The notes beneath the pieces were generated by a model. That model had not been told where the DNA came from. It saw only the letters and a program-made list of their open reading frames with translations, and ran no database searches. Both the position numbers and the translations under genes were made by a program. A stretch of 64,000 nt of DNA. It comes from Callorhinchus milii. Its lineage: Eukaryota. Below, piece after piece: positions 25,986 through 39,390 of this stretch; position 1 is the first letter of the stretch; each line of letters begins with the position of its first letter. The stretch lies in contig NW_024704742.1 in the NCBI RefSeq assembly GCF_018977255.1, positions 84,818,001 through 84,882,000 on the forward strand, in the 5' to 3' direction.

Positions 25986-27693
25986 GTACGCATAATTTAC
26001 AGTGTTTGGGTAACTGGTAGTGATAAATTAGTGATTGGTAATCAATTTCAATGATTGAGCATTATCGATGTAATAATTTTTTTATCTGGTACAAAACCTT
26101 TTACGTCAGAATGATTTCTCAACAGTGCTTCACAGGGTTTACTGTAATGTCTAATGACTATGTATTTGTATGCAAAGGCAGCAGCTCATTGATGTAGGAC
26201 ATTAGTTTCAGGGTTTTTATGTTTTTATTTAAAGCCAGTTTATTTCACGCATTTCCCCATTTATAGCATTTAACCTGTATCTTCACTGGATCCTTGCTCT
26301 CACATTTCTATTAATTATTAATTAATCTATTGTGAAATGGGTGTTCAAAAACGCACAAGACCAGACTCAGGGTGCATAAATGTGTCTAGGATAGAGTAAG
26401 AGACCACAGCCGGCCCTACAATAGAACAGAGGCCCCTGCAACAGGATAGGGAGGAAAGCCACAAAACAGCTTTCAAATAGATCAAAGGCATCTCTGATGC
26501 ATATGTGCCCAACCTCTGCCAAGTCCCACCACCAAACTTCCCCTTGGGATCCAGTTACGGAGTCCTTTTCCCTTTTTTGCTATAGTTATTACTTAGATAG
26601 ATGCTGCTTTTCTTGCCCCTTATGTAGTTCAGGATAAAATCTTGTTCTGGAATAGCCTCTGAATGTAGTCAAATGACTAGTTTAGCAGCAGTCGATGGGT
26701 TTGATTAAATTAAGTTCCTAAAAATATACTAATACCCAAATGACTTGTATTATACTGCAATTTCCATGTGCAAGTGATTTCAATGCTGTAAAAGCACAAT
26801 GATGGGTTTCCACATGTCAGCTAGCCAAAAGAGTCATAGACAGTAAAATCGTATTCCTAACCTGGGCCAATAGAAGAGTACATCTGCAATTTTTCTGAGG
26901 AGCCTGCTACAAACAACCCTCTGCTACAAACAACCTATAAAAATCCATGTGTTGGTGGATCTCCAGTCCTTCAAATGTAGTGTGCGGTGGAAATGGACCA
27001 TTAGGCCCTTTGGGCATTCTCCCCCTCCCCCTTTAGATTTTACCAATAAAGTGAAAATATGTAGCTTGGCAATAAAATGTACCTTTCAATAACACCAAAC
27101 AACTCCCCACAAATTTCTGAAAAGGGGATCAAACTATCCCACAAATTTTGGCAACTTTTTGCGCAATTTCTATTGGCCCTACTCGTAAACCAAAGAGAAT
27201 GCCAGTTCATTGGGGTTTCTTTCCCAGTGAATCTTTGAATAACTACAAAATGTCAGTGATTGGGATGGCACTTTTCCATTATTCTAGTGCTGTTCAAAAG
27301 AATTCAATTGAACCAAAAAAATTATGGGTGAATTATTATCCAGTGCTGTAAATTTTTGTTACTTCCTAAAATTAATTTGAGTTTTCACTTAGCTGATCAC
27401 ATCGCTGGCAATATGAGCACGTTTTGAATTATTACAAGAAATTTATGGCTCATAGCACTGTAGCTTGCACTTGTGGAGTTTATTAATGGTGTCAATAAGA
27501 GCAATTCGAACATTTTCAAGACATTTGAGGTAGCTTTGTTTTATTATTGACTACAGTTTATTCAATAACAAACCTCTTAGCATTTGTCTACTTTCCAGAC
27601 AGTCACATTTGTAGTCCTATAATTACCAAAATTCTAATTGATAACCTAATGACCACACATTAATAGCTTTTTTTTCTCTTTCTTTCCCACCAG

Positions 27694-27864
27694 GGTGGAC
27701 CTCTGTGTTTTTCTAAACTTGATTATGCTGTTGCATGGTTTATCCGAGAATCTATGACAATATACATATTCTTATCTGCCCTGTGTGATCCCACTATAAG
27801 GTGGCGGACAGGACGCTACAGGTTACGCTGTGGTGGCACAGCGGAGGAAATCATTGACGTATGA
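27694..27864 (+). CDS. UGCG: UGCG exon 9, terminal coding part (171 bp incl. TGA)
   Basis: Long pyrimidine tract plus cag acceptor; [56 protein letters not shown]. Confidence 0.97.
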   Translation, partial: GGPLCFSKLDYAVAWFIRESMTIYIFLSALCDPTIRWRTGRYRLRCGGTAEEIIDV

Positions 27865-30525
27865 ACACCTTAGTCTTTCCTGTAAAAATGAAGAAAAGTA
27901 TTATGTATGATGTTTGTATAAAGACTTTTAAATAGTTCTACCTTCAAGCGTTTTTACTTGTGTGCCCTAGTATTCTGAGTTAATTTATTTGCATGGTAAT
28001 AGCAACTGAATGAAAAAAATGAGTAATGCGTCTTGTCGGTATGGCCAAAAAAAAACCTTCATTTTCTTCCCCATTTGGAAGGGGTGGGGATAATGAACTT
28101 AGTTTTTTAAAAAAATATATTTTAACCTTGCAACTCATTTTTTTTAAGATCAGATGCAAGAAATATGCTGCTTTCAACAAAAAGTTTGGCTATTGTGTTT
28201 GGCAATCCACCAGGATAACTGGTCTTTCAATAATAAAAGCAGAATTTGTGGTAGTGACTGATTATTCCTCAACACATATAATCCTAAAAAAATAAATAGA
28301 GGGAATGAAATGAGGTTTTTTGCCCTAATATAGGAACAAAACCAAAGTGGATTTTAGTTTGATGGCTTTCTGATTTGCAATCTTTGGGAACAACTTTGAC
28401 CAATGTTAATCACTGTATGCACAACTGCTTTAAGTCAGATTTTGCTTGGTTCCCTTTACACAGCAAAGTAGTATTTTTATATAAAAACATACGCGCAATA
28501 TTAAAATATCCCTGGTTGTGTAATATTTCTCCACTTATGCATGGCAAATTCATGCATTTAAAAAAATGGATGTATTGTGTTCAGAATAAGGACACAAAGT
28601 GCATGAACTTGTAAATGTACAAGTATCCTTTAGCAGATTTCAATAATGTTTAATAGGTGGAGGAAATGTATGATCCTGTAATTATTGACTATAAATCCTA
28701 TGCTTAAAAAAACTATCAAACTGAATCTACTGATGGCTTTTTGCTATATTACTGTCCTAAAGGCTTATTAAGAATAAGATTAGTTTGGTATTTGTGTGGA
28801 AATGTGATATTTTGGCAGGGAGCTGCTAATGCACGCAGTTAAGTTTCAGCCTTCCCTCGGCTACGTACTGTATTGTGCTGTTTGTCTTTCAAAGTGCTGA
28901 TTTACTGAGCTCGTGTTCGCAATATATGACCAACTGCAGTGGTAAACTGGATATGTTAAAGGGTTGGAAATGCAGTTTGGATGCTCGGGTGAATAGGGAT
29001 GGACTGAAAGAGAATTTTGTGTTCTGAAATTTAGAGACCTTTTATTTGTGTGCCCATCGAGCAGTGGCTTAGAGCCACAAAGCAGGTTTCATCAAATAGG
29101 ATTTTTCAATTGGTTTCATTACTGGAAAAACATTGATGAGCTTTTCTTTTTTAAAACAAACATTTTTTTTCATTGTCTATTAAATCACTGCAGGACAGTC
29201 AAATCCATAATATAATAGCAATAATTGAATTAAAAAAAATGAAATCTGCATTTGTGGTGAACGATGCTCTTTAAGATGAGGCAGTCTGATTCAACTTGTG
29301 GCCAGACTAACTAGCTTATATATTGCCGTTGATGCGCCTTATTTAAATGCATTGTTTTTCCTCTCAAGTACTCTCATGTCAGCTATTCAGAGTACTTGCA
29401 TTGAAATGTGAGAGTTCAAGACAACTACAGTGCTTTATTTTCATTTCATTACTGTGAGCTACCTCTTTCTTTCCTACCTCCTCCCCCCCCCCCACCCCCG
29501 CACCCCCCCCCCAACTTAATCATAAACATTACCCTTATGATAGCATGAACATTGGTTTGAAGGGTTTGCCAAGCTCAAACAGTACAGTTTTGGGTTTGAT
29601 CCCATCCCGTCCCACCAATCCATTGGCATGAATTGGGTGAAAAACCCGAGGAAGTCCTAGGTTTGCATTAGCTGTCCAGGTGTGATCCGCCAGTTTTTTA
29701 TATTGTGTTGTCATTTGAGCTTTACTGTTCACCAACTAACAATATATTATTTGTACGGAATATTTTTTTACGATTCAGTTTTGTTTTGCAGTATTTATGA
29801 AATTTTGTTGCTGAAATGAGAACTCTACTTGCAGCCTTGTATGATGCTTGTCCTTCCATGAAATTTCAGCAATGGAGTAAAAATGTAAAGAAAAGAGTCA
29901 TTTGAGGTTGAATTTCTTCTATACAGTTACAAAGCGATGTGTAAAATTGGCACAACTGAAATTGGTGCAATGAAAAATGAAGCGTCACTAAAGCATGAGC
30001 CCTTGGTTCTGTAATCTTAGAGTCATTTCTGTGTATCGTGTCTATAAGAAATACAAAGTCAAGGAGAAATGTCTTTATTTTTTGGGCCAAACTGCAGGAA
30101 TTATTCAGAAACCTTACATGACATTCTTTTTCAAAACTCCACTGATGTATCTATAGTTGTTCAAAATGAAACCTAGAGAAATGGGCCCATGTGAGCTTAT
30201 TGGGCATTTTGGGGTGTTAAACATGAGCCTTAATGCCTGTTATATGTTCAAGGAATATACATGTGATGACTCGAATATTGTAAAATGTTTCAATGTTTGG
30301 TCTGAATCTGAGACTTCTGTTAAGTGATGCTGACCTTTGCCATGTACATAAGCAGACAACAGTAGTTTGCTTTATTTAATTGTCCACTTTTGTGTTGTGT
30401 TCCAGATACTACCATTAAGCGCTTAAACCGTGAAAATTTTTGCTTCAGGAGACTATATATTCAAGATGTCAATTGTACATTAACTTTTTACTGAATAAAA
30501 ATGGATTTGAATGTAGCTGTATTGT
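27865..30525 (+). other. UGCG: Putative long UGCG 3' UTR
   Basis: AT-rich, no recognisable transposon pieces; AATAAA at 28232, 28291 and 30494, the last followed by a GT/T-rich tract. Confidence 0.6.
30494..30499 (+). terminator. Candidate distal polyadenylation signal of UGCG
   Basis: AATAAA followed about 20-45 nt later by gctgtattgttgatagttttttgt; repeats resume at about 30700. Confidence 0.55.
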
Positions 30526-30854
30526 TGATAGTTTTTTGTATGAATTATTTGCTTCATGAAATGGTATGACTATTATAGTGTATGACGTTCATGTTTTAAT
30601 TGTTATTAAAAAATCAAGTACTGAACACATGTTTCCTGTGGCTTTTGATTTAAGATTTTAAATATCATAGTGGCTTTAACTTTTTTTTCTTTTTGCTTTT
30701 TATAATAAAACATCATCTTCGAGATGTCTTAAAGCACTTCACAGAATACACTGTAATGTGAATTGATTCTATATTTTATGAGTGAAACGCAGCAGCCAAT
30801 TGCGCACAGCAGTGTTCCACAAAACAGTCGTGGATGGAACAAATACATTTTTTT

Positions 30855-31690
30855 CCACATGTATGTGGATGACACTATCTTTCTGCCTCCAGCCTTGACT
30901 ACACGACCACTACTGTCCTGACAGAATGTCTGTCAGACATCAAGTCCTGGATGAGAGCCAACTTTCTTCAGTTGAACGTCAACAAGGCCGAGGCTCTCCT
31001 GATTGGCTCCCGTCAACGCCTCCGCACCTCAGGCACTGACAGCATCACCATCCATGGTTGCACATTCCACCTTACTGAGCCAGTCCGCAACCTTGGGGTC
31101 TTGTTTGACCCTCAAGTATTCTTTCTACCCCACATCTGCGCCATGACCCGCTCTGCCTTCCCCACCTCCGCATCATTGCCTGGCTTCGCCTCTGTCACAA
31201 ATCGCAGGCCACTGAAATCCTCATACACGCATTCATAACATCTATGCTTGACTTGCTTGTCAGCATCCCCAACTCCTCCCTCCAGATCTCTGCAGCCCAT
31301 GTCCTCTCCTGCACCAGGCTCCGTGACCCTATCACCCCCATCTTTGCCTGACTCCACTGGCTTCCCATCACACAGAGGATAAAGTTCAAGATCTGGTCCT
31401 CACCTTCAAAGCCCTCTGTGGCCTTGCTCCCCCATAACACTGTGTCCTCCTAACCCCGTACCAACTTGCCCACTCCCTCCGTTCAGCGAGCTCCAGCCTG
31501 CTTTACATCCCTTCCTCCCACACCACAGTTGGCAGTTGGGCCTTCAGCCACTCAGCCTCCACCCTCTGGAACTCTGTCCTGTAGTCCCTCTACCCGCTTG
31601 CTCTTTCAAGACCCATTTCAAGACCCTCCTCTTCGACCATGCCTTCGATCACCTTCCTTCCCCCCCCCCACTCCCTGCCCTCCACCCTCC
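30855..31690 (+). mobile_element. L2-clade LINE fragment
   Basis: WMRANFLQLNVNKAEALLIG, VRNLGVLFD. Confidence 0.88.
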
Positions 31691-33994
31691 CCAATTCCGA
31701 TGGGGGAGGGTGAAGTGGGGGGGTGGTGAAGGAGGGTGAGACGAGGATGGGGATGACTAGCTCACGGAGCCTGGATCGGGAGGGGATATGGAAAACAGGG
31801 AGTTTATCTTGATTAACTTTAAGGTTCATGGATTCTCTTATGCAGACCTTTCCCCCCAAAAGGAGTGCATTTTATCACCAGGTACATTTTGCACAGACTG
31901 ACAGGGGAATGGTTTTTAGAGTAAAATTGTTTTTACAGTGGAAAGACCAACAAAGTGAGCCAAACTCATTTTAACCAGCAGAATGGATCAGCTGTTTAAT
32001 CATTTGTTTATAATTGCATCAAATACAGAGCAATTTGATCTCATCCTATTCTCTACTCCCCAGAGAGATTGTGCTCTCACACACACAACAACACAGAGCT
32101 ATGCCTAGGCATGGAGGAGGAGTTATAAAAGAGACATCCCATAGCTTCTTCATTGCTGTGAGATTAGGGTAAATATTTCTAAGAATATGATAGAGTGTTA
32201 GCTGCACTTACTTTACAATGTTAACAAGTTTATTTCACATTACTATGCCACTTTATGGCCTGGCCAGGCCAAACACTATAATTCTTTTGGATATAAAAGA
32301 CACCAATTCATTTTAAGTTTAGAAGCGTGCTCAAACGTTTAGTAAGGCTGCGCAACACAAAGCCAAGTGTACGCCAGCCCCTCAACATCACTTTCAAATG
32401 GGAAACCATAACCCCTGGATTGGCACTAAAGCATGTACCCAATATGTACCATTATCATGCTGGTCCATCCAGAGGAAGGTTGAAGATCCCCTATGGAGAT
32501 TAGTGTCACCGGCTTCCCTTGCGACTATACTTACATTGCACATGGATCAATGTGTTACATATTCAGTTGTCAATCAAATCAGGCAAAGGAATACCTGTAA
32601 GTACTTGAGTGCTTCCGTAACTGAGTCGATCGAGCTTGTTAGTTACAGGGTATCTCGTGATTGCTTCTCAGTGTCAGTTGTTAATATTTATCTTGTAGAA
32701 TGTGAAGAGAGTTAATGGTCCCATCAAAAGGAACAAAGTCCTCAATCAACTTGTGGCTTTCGTTGCCTCCTGATCCTGTTGTCATATTGGTGCCTCCGTG
32801 AATGCAAGTGTTTAAAGTTTAACACGTTTGCTTTTCCCCAGTGTGTGCCAGCTAGTGATCTCATTCAGGCCAGCAGGTCAGATGCTATAATTAGACCCTG
32901 CAGCCCTCACTTGGGAAGCTGTAATATCCATCATGGTACATGCTCTAAAAAGCTATCCAGAGATTTCCACTCGAAGATGCAACTTGCATGGGAGTTGGGG
33001 AAGGACAGGTTTGGCTGTGATGCAACTAATGGCTGAATAAGCTGTCGACTGTTGATAGTGAGTCGGGTGATTTCCACACTTTATTGCTTTGCGCTTGTAA
33101 TACTATCTTCCCTCATACAGGAATAATGACCACTTTGTAAGAATTCCACTGTTGGAAACTGTTGGTAGCATTATATTACAAATATATCAGTTGTTTGAGT
33201 GTAGGAGAGATGACTGAAACCCCCTCTGAATTGTGACAATTTTATTAGGTTTGTACAGTGTAACCATAAACTTGGTGTTTTTGAGTAAGATGAAATATAC
33301 TGTGTTGCAAAATGCTTTGCCTAGAAGGTTTGATCATCAAGTTTCTTCCAGTCTGTTTCACGCTCAGATTAGGAATCCATGCAGTAAGTGTGATATATGT
33401 TAAAGATGTAGGCTTGTTTATTCCCCACAGATGTCTAATGATGAACTTGTGACTTTCCTCCTTGGGGGAGGGCGAGGTTTGCAGAATTTCATTGAAGCTG
33501 AGCTGGCTCCTATGGAATGTCGGAGTCAAGTCAACCTTTTCTGACGGTCTTGTTAGTCTGGTTCTTGAACCTGGTTCGACATGGAGGGGCAAACCAGTCA
33601 CTGGGGCAGGGATTCTTCCCACTCAACTCCTGTTAATCATGAAAGCCAAAGCCCTATTGTGTAGGGAGGTCCTAGCTGGATAAGCAGTAGGAAGCCTTCC
33701 AGACAGTGCTTTCAATGGCAAGATACTTGGTTTTAGCTGGTTAGACTTCAACAATATCCCAGTGCACACTCTGGGGTCCCCAAGCCTTGGCTCTTACCAA
33801 GCTGTGCTTAATGCTCTCTGGAGTTAGGTAAGGAGGATGCATCCCTCCAGGGAGAGAGTACGCCTTCCACTCCAGCCACAAGAATTTCAGCATGCTGGAG
33901 CGGTGCATGGAATTCTCAGTTTGCTTTGGATACTCTTAAGCAGGGTGATGAGCTTTAGCATGTGGCTGACCAAAAAACTCTTGCAGTTGTTTAT

Positions 33995-35009
33995 AATATA
34001 ATAATGATCCTTACAACGCCTTATCACATCTTCAAGACGTCTCAAAGTGCTTCAAAGAATATACTGCAAAGTGAATTGACTGTATATTTTGTGGATGAAA
34101 TGCGGCAGCCAAATTGCACACAGCAGTGTCCCACAAATATTCGTGGATTGAAGTGACCAATTTATTATTTTTTTAAGGAATTATTACCCCAGAAAAGCGA
34201 TCCACCAATCGACTAACAACTGGGTTTCTACTTACTGCTAGGTAAACAGAGGCGTGTGGAATAAGGAAAGTTACTCAACTTATCACCCTGCCGGGAATCA
34301 AACCCAGGTCCCTCGCTTGCAAGGCGAGTGTTCTAACCACTGAGTTACAGGGAATTAACCTCTCCCTTGCAGTTTTATTTCTTGTATCGTTCAACTTATG
34401 TCTAAAAGGTTCTGATATCATTGAATAATTGAGTGACCAATTTATTTATTTGTTCATTTTTTTGAAGGGATTATTACTCCCAGAAAGTGATCTGCCAATC
34501 AGCTAACAACCGGGTTCCTACTAAATACTAGGTAAACAGAAGAGTGTGGAGTAAAGAAACTTGCCTAAGGTTTCGCCCCGCTCGGGAATTAAACCCGGGT
34601 TTTCTCCCTTGCGAGGTGAGTGCTCTAACCAGTAGGCTGTAGCTGTAGCGGAGTTCTGTAGCTCAATGGTTAGAGCACTCGTTTTGCAAGTAAGAGACCT
34701 GAGTTCAATTCCAGGCAGAGGGCGAAACCTTGGGCAAGTTTCCTTACTCCACACAGAGCCTAATAATAATCCCTCCAAAAAACAAAACAATAATAAATTG
34801 GCCATTTTCAATCCACGACTGTTTGTGGGACACTAACAAAACAATAATAAATTGGCCATTTTCAATCCACGACTGTTTGTGGGACACTGTTGTGCGCAAT
34901 TGGCTGCCGCGTTCGCCCACAAATATACAGTCAATTCACTTTACAGAATATTCTGTGAAGCGCTTTGGGACGTCTAGAAGATGTGAAAAGCGCTATATGA
35001 AATGCAAGG

Positions 35010-35058
<49 letters not shown>

Positions 35059-35078
35059 TATAGGCTACAGGACTCCAC
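33995..35078. mobile_element. Cluster of three nested tRNA-derived SINEs
   Basis: - copy 33995-34360; - partial copy 34431-34640 with head remnant at 35061-35078; + copy 34648-35058 with a long (tta)n tail. Confidence 0.88.
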
Positions 35079-35710
35079 TAATTAGCCATTTCTTCTCCCA
35101 GAGGCTTGGCTGCTCAGTGATTTGCCTTGCGCTACGAAAGTGCAGCAGGTCTGACAGTGGTTTATAAAGGGTAAAATGCCAGTAATAAATGCAAAGTCAT
35201 TGCACTAGAGCGGGAAGAGAAGCTTCTTACCCTAATCTTTGACATTTTGCCCACAGTTTACACAAGCGTAATAATAAAAGCCAGTAGTCTCCGGGCAGAG
35301 AATTCAGGAATGCAGATTGTTGGCAGGACTTAAAACAGTTCAAATTGATCAGCAGAAATTGTTAGAAATGACATATTTTTGACTGTAAAAGAGTCACAGA
35401 AAAAAAACAGGGAAATGGGATAAGGATAGTTAGCTACACTGTGGAGCGAGCACTGCACAGGCACAGGCACGATGAGTTAAATGACTTATTTTTTGCAATA
35501 TCCTGACCGTATTCATTTCCATTGCTTATTTATAGAAGCTTTGCTTCAACTTCACACAATCAGTGTGGGTTTGGTTCATAATAATAATCATAATCCTTGC
35601 ATTTGATATAGTGCCTTAACACAATTTCGAGACGTCTCAAAGGGCTTGACAGAATATACTGTAACGTGAATTGACTATATTTTGTGGGCATATGTGGATG
35701 TTTGGGGCCT

Positions 35711-37380
35711 TAAGAACATAAGAACATAGGAAATGCTAGATGTCAGAAGCCCAAGGTCCATCCAGTTCTCGTTCCACCATCCTGGCAGTCACATGCACAT
35801 GTCATGTCCCAAACTATATACTGTAACCCAGGGGTGGGCAATTATTTTGGCTGGTGGGCCACTTCACAAGTTTTGGTAAGCTTCGTGGGCCACACACTTG
35901 ATATAGATGCAAATGCTTAATAATAGCTCAAAATCAAGTCTTACCCTTGTACATGCATAAAATAAAGTCTATATAATTGACATTCATTAAAATTAGGTTA
36001 AATAAAAACAACTCATTGAGCAGACATTTATTCGATATTGATTCATTTATTCACATATTGATGAGAATGTGAGAAGCACATTCAATGGGAAGAATGAAAA
36101 TGCTGATGTGGGTTAACCAGACAATTGAAGTCAGGCATCGTCTCCGATGTTGCAATGCGGAGTACTGCTGCAAGGTGGTCATCAGTCATCACAGATCTAT
36201 GTTTTGATTTATTGAATTTCATCACAGAAAATGTCTCCTCGTACATGTATGTAGATCCAAACATCAAAAGCATTATCTGGGCATGAGCCTTTATTTGTGG
36301 AAAGGTATATTCATTAAGAGAGGCATAAAAACTGGAAAGCGGCGCTGATTTGAATTGCTCTGCAAGCAATGGATCACATTGCAGGTCAATTTAAGCTTGA
36401 GTTCAAGGTCAAATGGGGCTTTGTCAACATCAAATGAGAAAGGTGAAGAGACCAAAGACAGGTCATTTTCGATCAAATTGAAATCAGCGAGAAAATTTGG
36501 CACGTAAGTCAAGTAGTGACAAAATATATTTTTTAAGGCTTTAATCGCAAACAGTAATCTACTGCAAAGTTGGAAAGTGGGTGAACAACCTATTTCCTAT
36601 CTGACGCGATAAAATAAATAATTTTGTTATAAATGACTTGACACTGCAATACAAATCGTGCACAAAGGCCTCCTTCCGTTGCAGTTTTGAATTCAGTTCA
36701 TTCATGTGGCCCATGATATCTACGGCAAATGCGAAATCAGAGAGCCAATTCGCATCATTCAGCTGTGAGAAATCCGATTCTTTTTGTTTCATTCCCAAAA
36801 ATAAATCAGTCTCTGCTCTCAGTTCCCACACTCTTTTCAAGACCTTTCCTAAACTAAGCCATCGAACATTCATGTGATACAGAACATCCGTGTGTTCGGA
36901 TTCCAATTCCTCGAGCAGAGTTACAAATTGTCTGTGGTTTAAACATCTTGCTCGAATGTAGTTGACCACTTTCGTAACTGTGTCCACTTTCTGGGACTGA
37001 ACAAACTATAATTTTTTCTATTGCTGGACAGAATGATGGGGCGGATAGAATCATTTGGCGGGCTGGATATGGCCCGCGGTCCGTACTTTGCTCACCCCTG
37101 CCGTAACCCAAGATATTATTTCCTAAAAGAAATCTATCTAATTTGCTTTTGAAAGAATCGACAATTTCTGCTTCTACCGTGTCTCCAGGGAGTTTATTCA
37201 ATACATTTTCTACTCGCTCATTGAAATATGGTAGTGTTTCCACAGAATTGTTTGAATTTACCCCTCTTCGATCGCAGGCCATGTCCTCTGGTTCTACTGT
37301 TCTGGACAAGATAAGGCAACTTATCATTGCTACATTATCCAGTCCCTTTAAAATCTTAAAAGCCCTGAGGTAAATGAGAG
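35711..37380 (-). mobile_element. CR1 3' end split by the hAT element
   Basis: AFKILKGLD...FNERVENVLNKLP...FKSKLDRFL...GY at 37101-37380, continuing into a 3' UTR and (taagaaca) tail at 35711-35828. Confidence 0.8.
35829..37100 (-). mobile_element. Internally deleted hAT (Charlie/Buster, GTF2IRD2-like) DNA transposon
   Basis: TIRs caggggtgggcaa / ttgctcacccctg; 8-bp TSD ctgtaacc (35821-35828) and ccgtaacc (37101-37108); broken transposase ORFs 36082-36987 with VRWLSLGKVL and MFGSTYMYEETFSVMK dimerisation motif. Confidence 0.92.
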
Positions 37381-37949
37381 AGGGGGAGGAAATTCCATCT
37401 GCTTTCCCAATTCCGGGAAGCAGGATTGACTGCTTGAGCAGTAAACAAAACTTCCTGAAACATGAACAAGTATTACAATTTGGGAGCAAGCTTGGAGGTT
37501 TTCCCATCGTTTGCAGGTTTGACCTATTTAGTCGATAATTCCTTTGCGTGACTGAGCTGATCTAAGAAACCAGAAACACATGTTTGATTTGGAAATGGAA
37601 TCCAAATGGATGCCCTCTTTCCACGAGTAAGTTAATAAATATTCTGGTAGAGGTTACAATTTTACAGAGATCATCCAGTTTGTCAGGATTTTAGGAAGTT
37701 TTTTACAATGCTAGCAAACTGTGCTTCAGGTGGTGTTTATGAGAGGCAGTGTTGCATCGATTCCCAACTACACACTTGCATAAAACATTCTAATCTTTAT
37801 CCGTGGGGACCAGCACAAAGAGCTGTTTGTATTCAGAGCAGATGCAATCGGATTTAGGACTAGCACTTATGATGTACAAATTTCAGATGGTCTCATTGCT
37901 GCACTGGTCAGAAAGACACTGCCGTCTAAAGCTTGGGAATTAACAAAGA

Positions 37950-39020
37950 ACAACAACAGTAACAACAAAATTACATTTGTTTGGCGCCTTTCATGTGGGG
38001 AGGTCGGCCCAAGGCACTGGACAGTCAATGTTTCAGACCTGAGCTGCGGGTCAGGATCGAGGAGGGTGGAGGGTGGAGGGGAAGGAGAGTGATCGAAGGC
38101 AGGGTCGAAGAGGAGGGTCTTGAGATGAGTCTTGAAGGAGGCAAGGGAGTGGGGGGAGCAGAGCGACTGCGGGATGGAGTTCCAGAGGGTGGGGGAAGAG
38201 TGGCAGAAGGCATGCCCGACAATGGTGGTGCGGGTGAGGCGGAGAATGTGAAGCAGGCTGGAGCCCAATGAGCGGAGGGAGTGGTTAGGTTGGTAGGGAG
38301 TTAGGAGGTTGCAGTGTTAGGGGCAGCAAGATCATGGAGGGCTTTGAAGATGAGGACCGGAATCTTGAACTGTATCCTCTGTGTGATGGGAAGCCAGTGG
38401 AATCGGGCGAGGATGCGGGTGATAGGGTCACGGAGCCTGGTGCGGGAGAGGACACGGGCTGCAGAGTTCTGGATGATCTGCAGCCTATGGAGGGAGGAGT
38501 TGGTGAGGCCGATAAGCAAGGAGTTTGCATAGTCAAGCCTTGATGTTATGAATGCGTGAATGAGGGCTTCGATGGCCTGTGATGTGAGATAGTGGTGGAG
38601 CCGAGCGATGTTGCAGAGGTGGGGAAGGCAGAGCGGGTCATGGCACGGATGTGGAGCAGAAATGATAGTTGAGGGACAAACAAGGTACCGGACTGGCTTA
38701 GTAAGGTGGAGTGTGCAACCATGGATGGTGATGCTCTCAGTGCCTAAGGTGTGGAGGCGCTGACAGGAGCCAATCAGGGGAGCCTCGGTCTTGTTGATGT
38801 TCAGCTGGAGAAAGTTAGCTCTCATTCTGTCAGAACAGCAGCGGTCCTGGAGTCAAAGGTGGAAGCAGAAAGGCAGAGTTGGGTGTAATCCGCATACTTC
38901 TGGAAGTTGACCCCATGTCTGCGGATGATGGCACCAAGAGGGAGCATATAGATATATTAAGAGGAGGGGACCAAGGACAAAGCCCTGAGGAACCCCGTAC
39001 GAGACTGTGCGGGGGCAAAG
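37950..39020 (-). mobile_element. L2-clade LINE 3' portion
   Basis: LIHAFITSRLDYANSLL, IQNSAARVL, FHWLPITQRIQFK. Confidence 0.9.
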
Positions 39021-39039
39021 AAAGTGTTACTAGTGAACG

Positions 39040-39390
39040 TAATAATAATAATCCTCACATTTGATATAGCACTTTGTCACATCATGGAAACATCTCAAAG
39101 CGCTTCACAGTATATACCGTAAAGTGAATTGACTGTATATTTTCTGGTCAAAACACGACAGTCAATTGCACACAGCAGTGCCCCACAAACAGTTGTGGAT
39201 TGAGTGACCAAATTATTTTTTTTGAAGGATCGGCCAATCGACTAACAATCAGGTTCTTATTTACTGCTAGGTAAACAGAGGTGTGTGGAGTAAGGAAACT
39301 TGCCTAAGGTTTCGCCCTACCTGGGAATCGAACCTGTGTCCTCTCACTTGCGATACAATTGCTCTAACTAATATGCTACAAGACTCCATG
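39040..39390 (-). mobile_element. tRNA-derived SINE, long subfamily
   Basis: Same head/body/tail as the other copies. Confidence 0.85.

Noticed and set aside
36854..37507. 217-aa ORF as a novel gene
   Set aside because: Chimera of CR1 ORF2 end and hAT terminal sequence across an insertion junction; no splice or promoter support.
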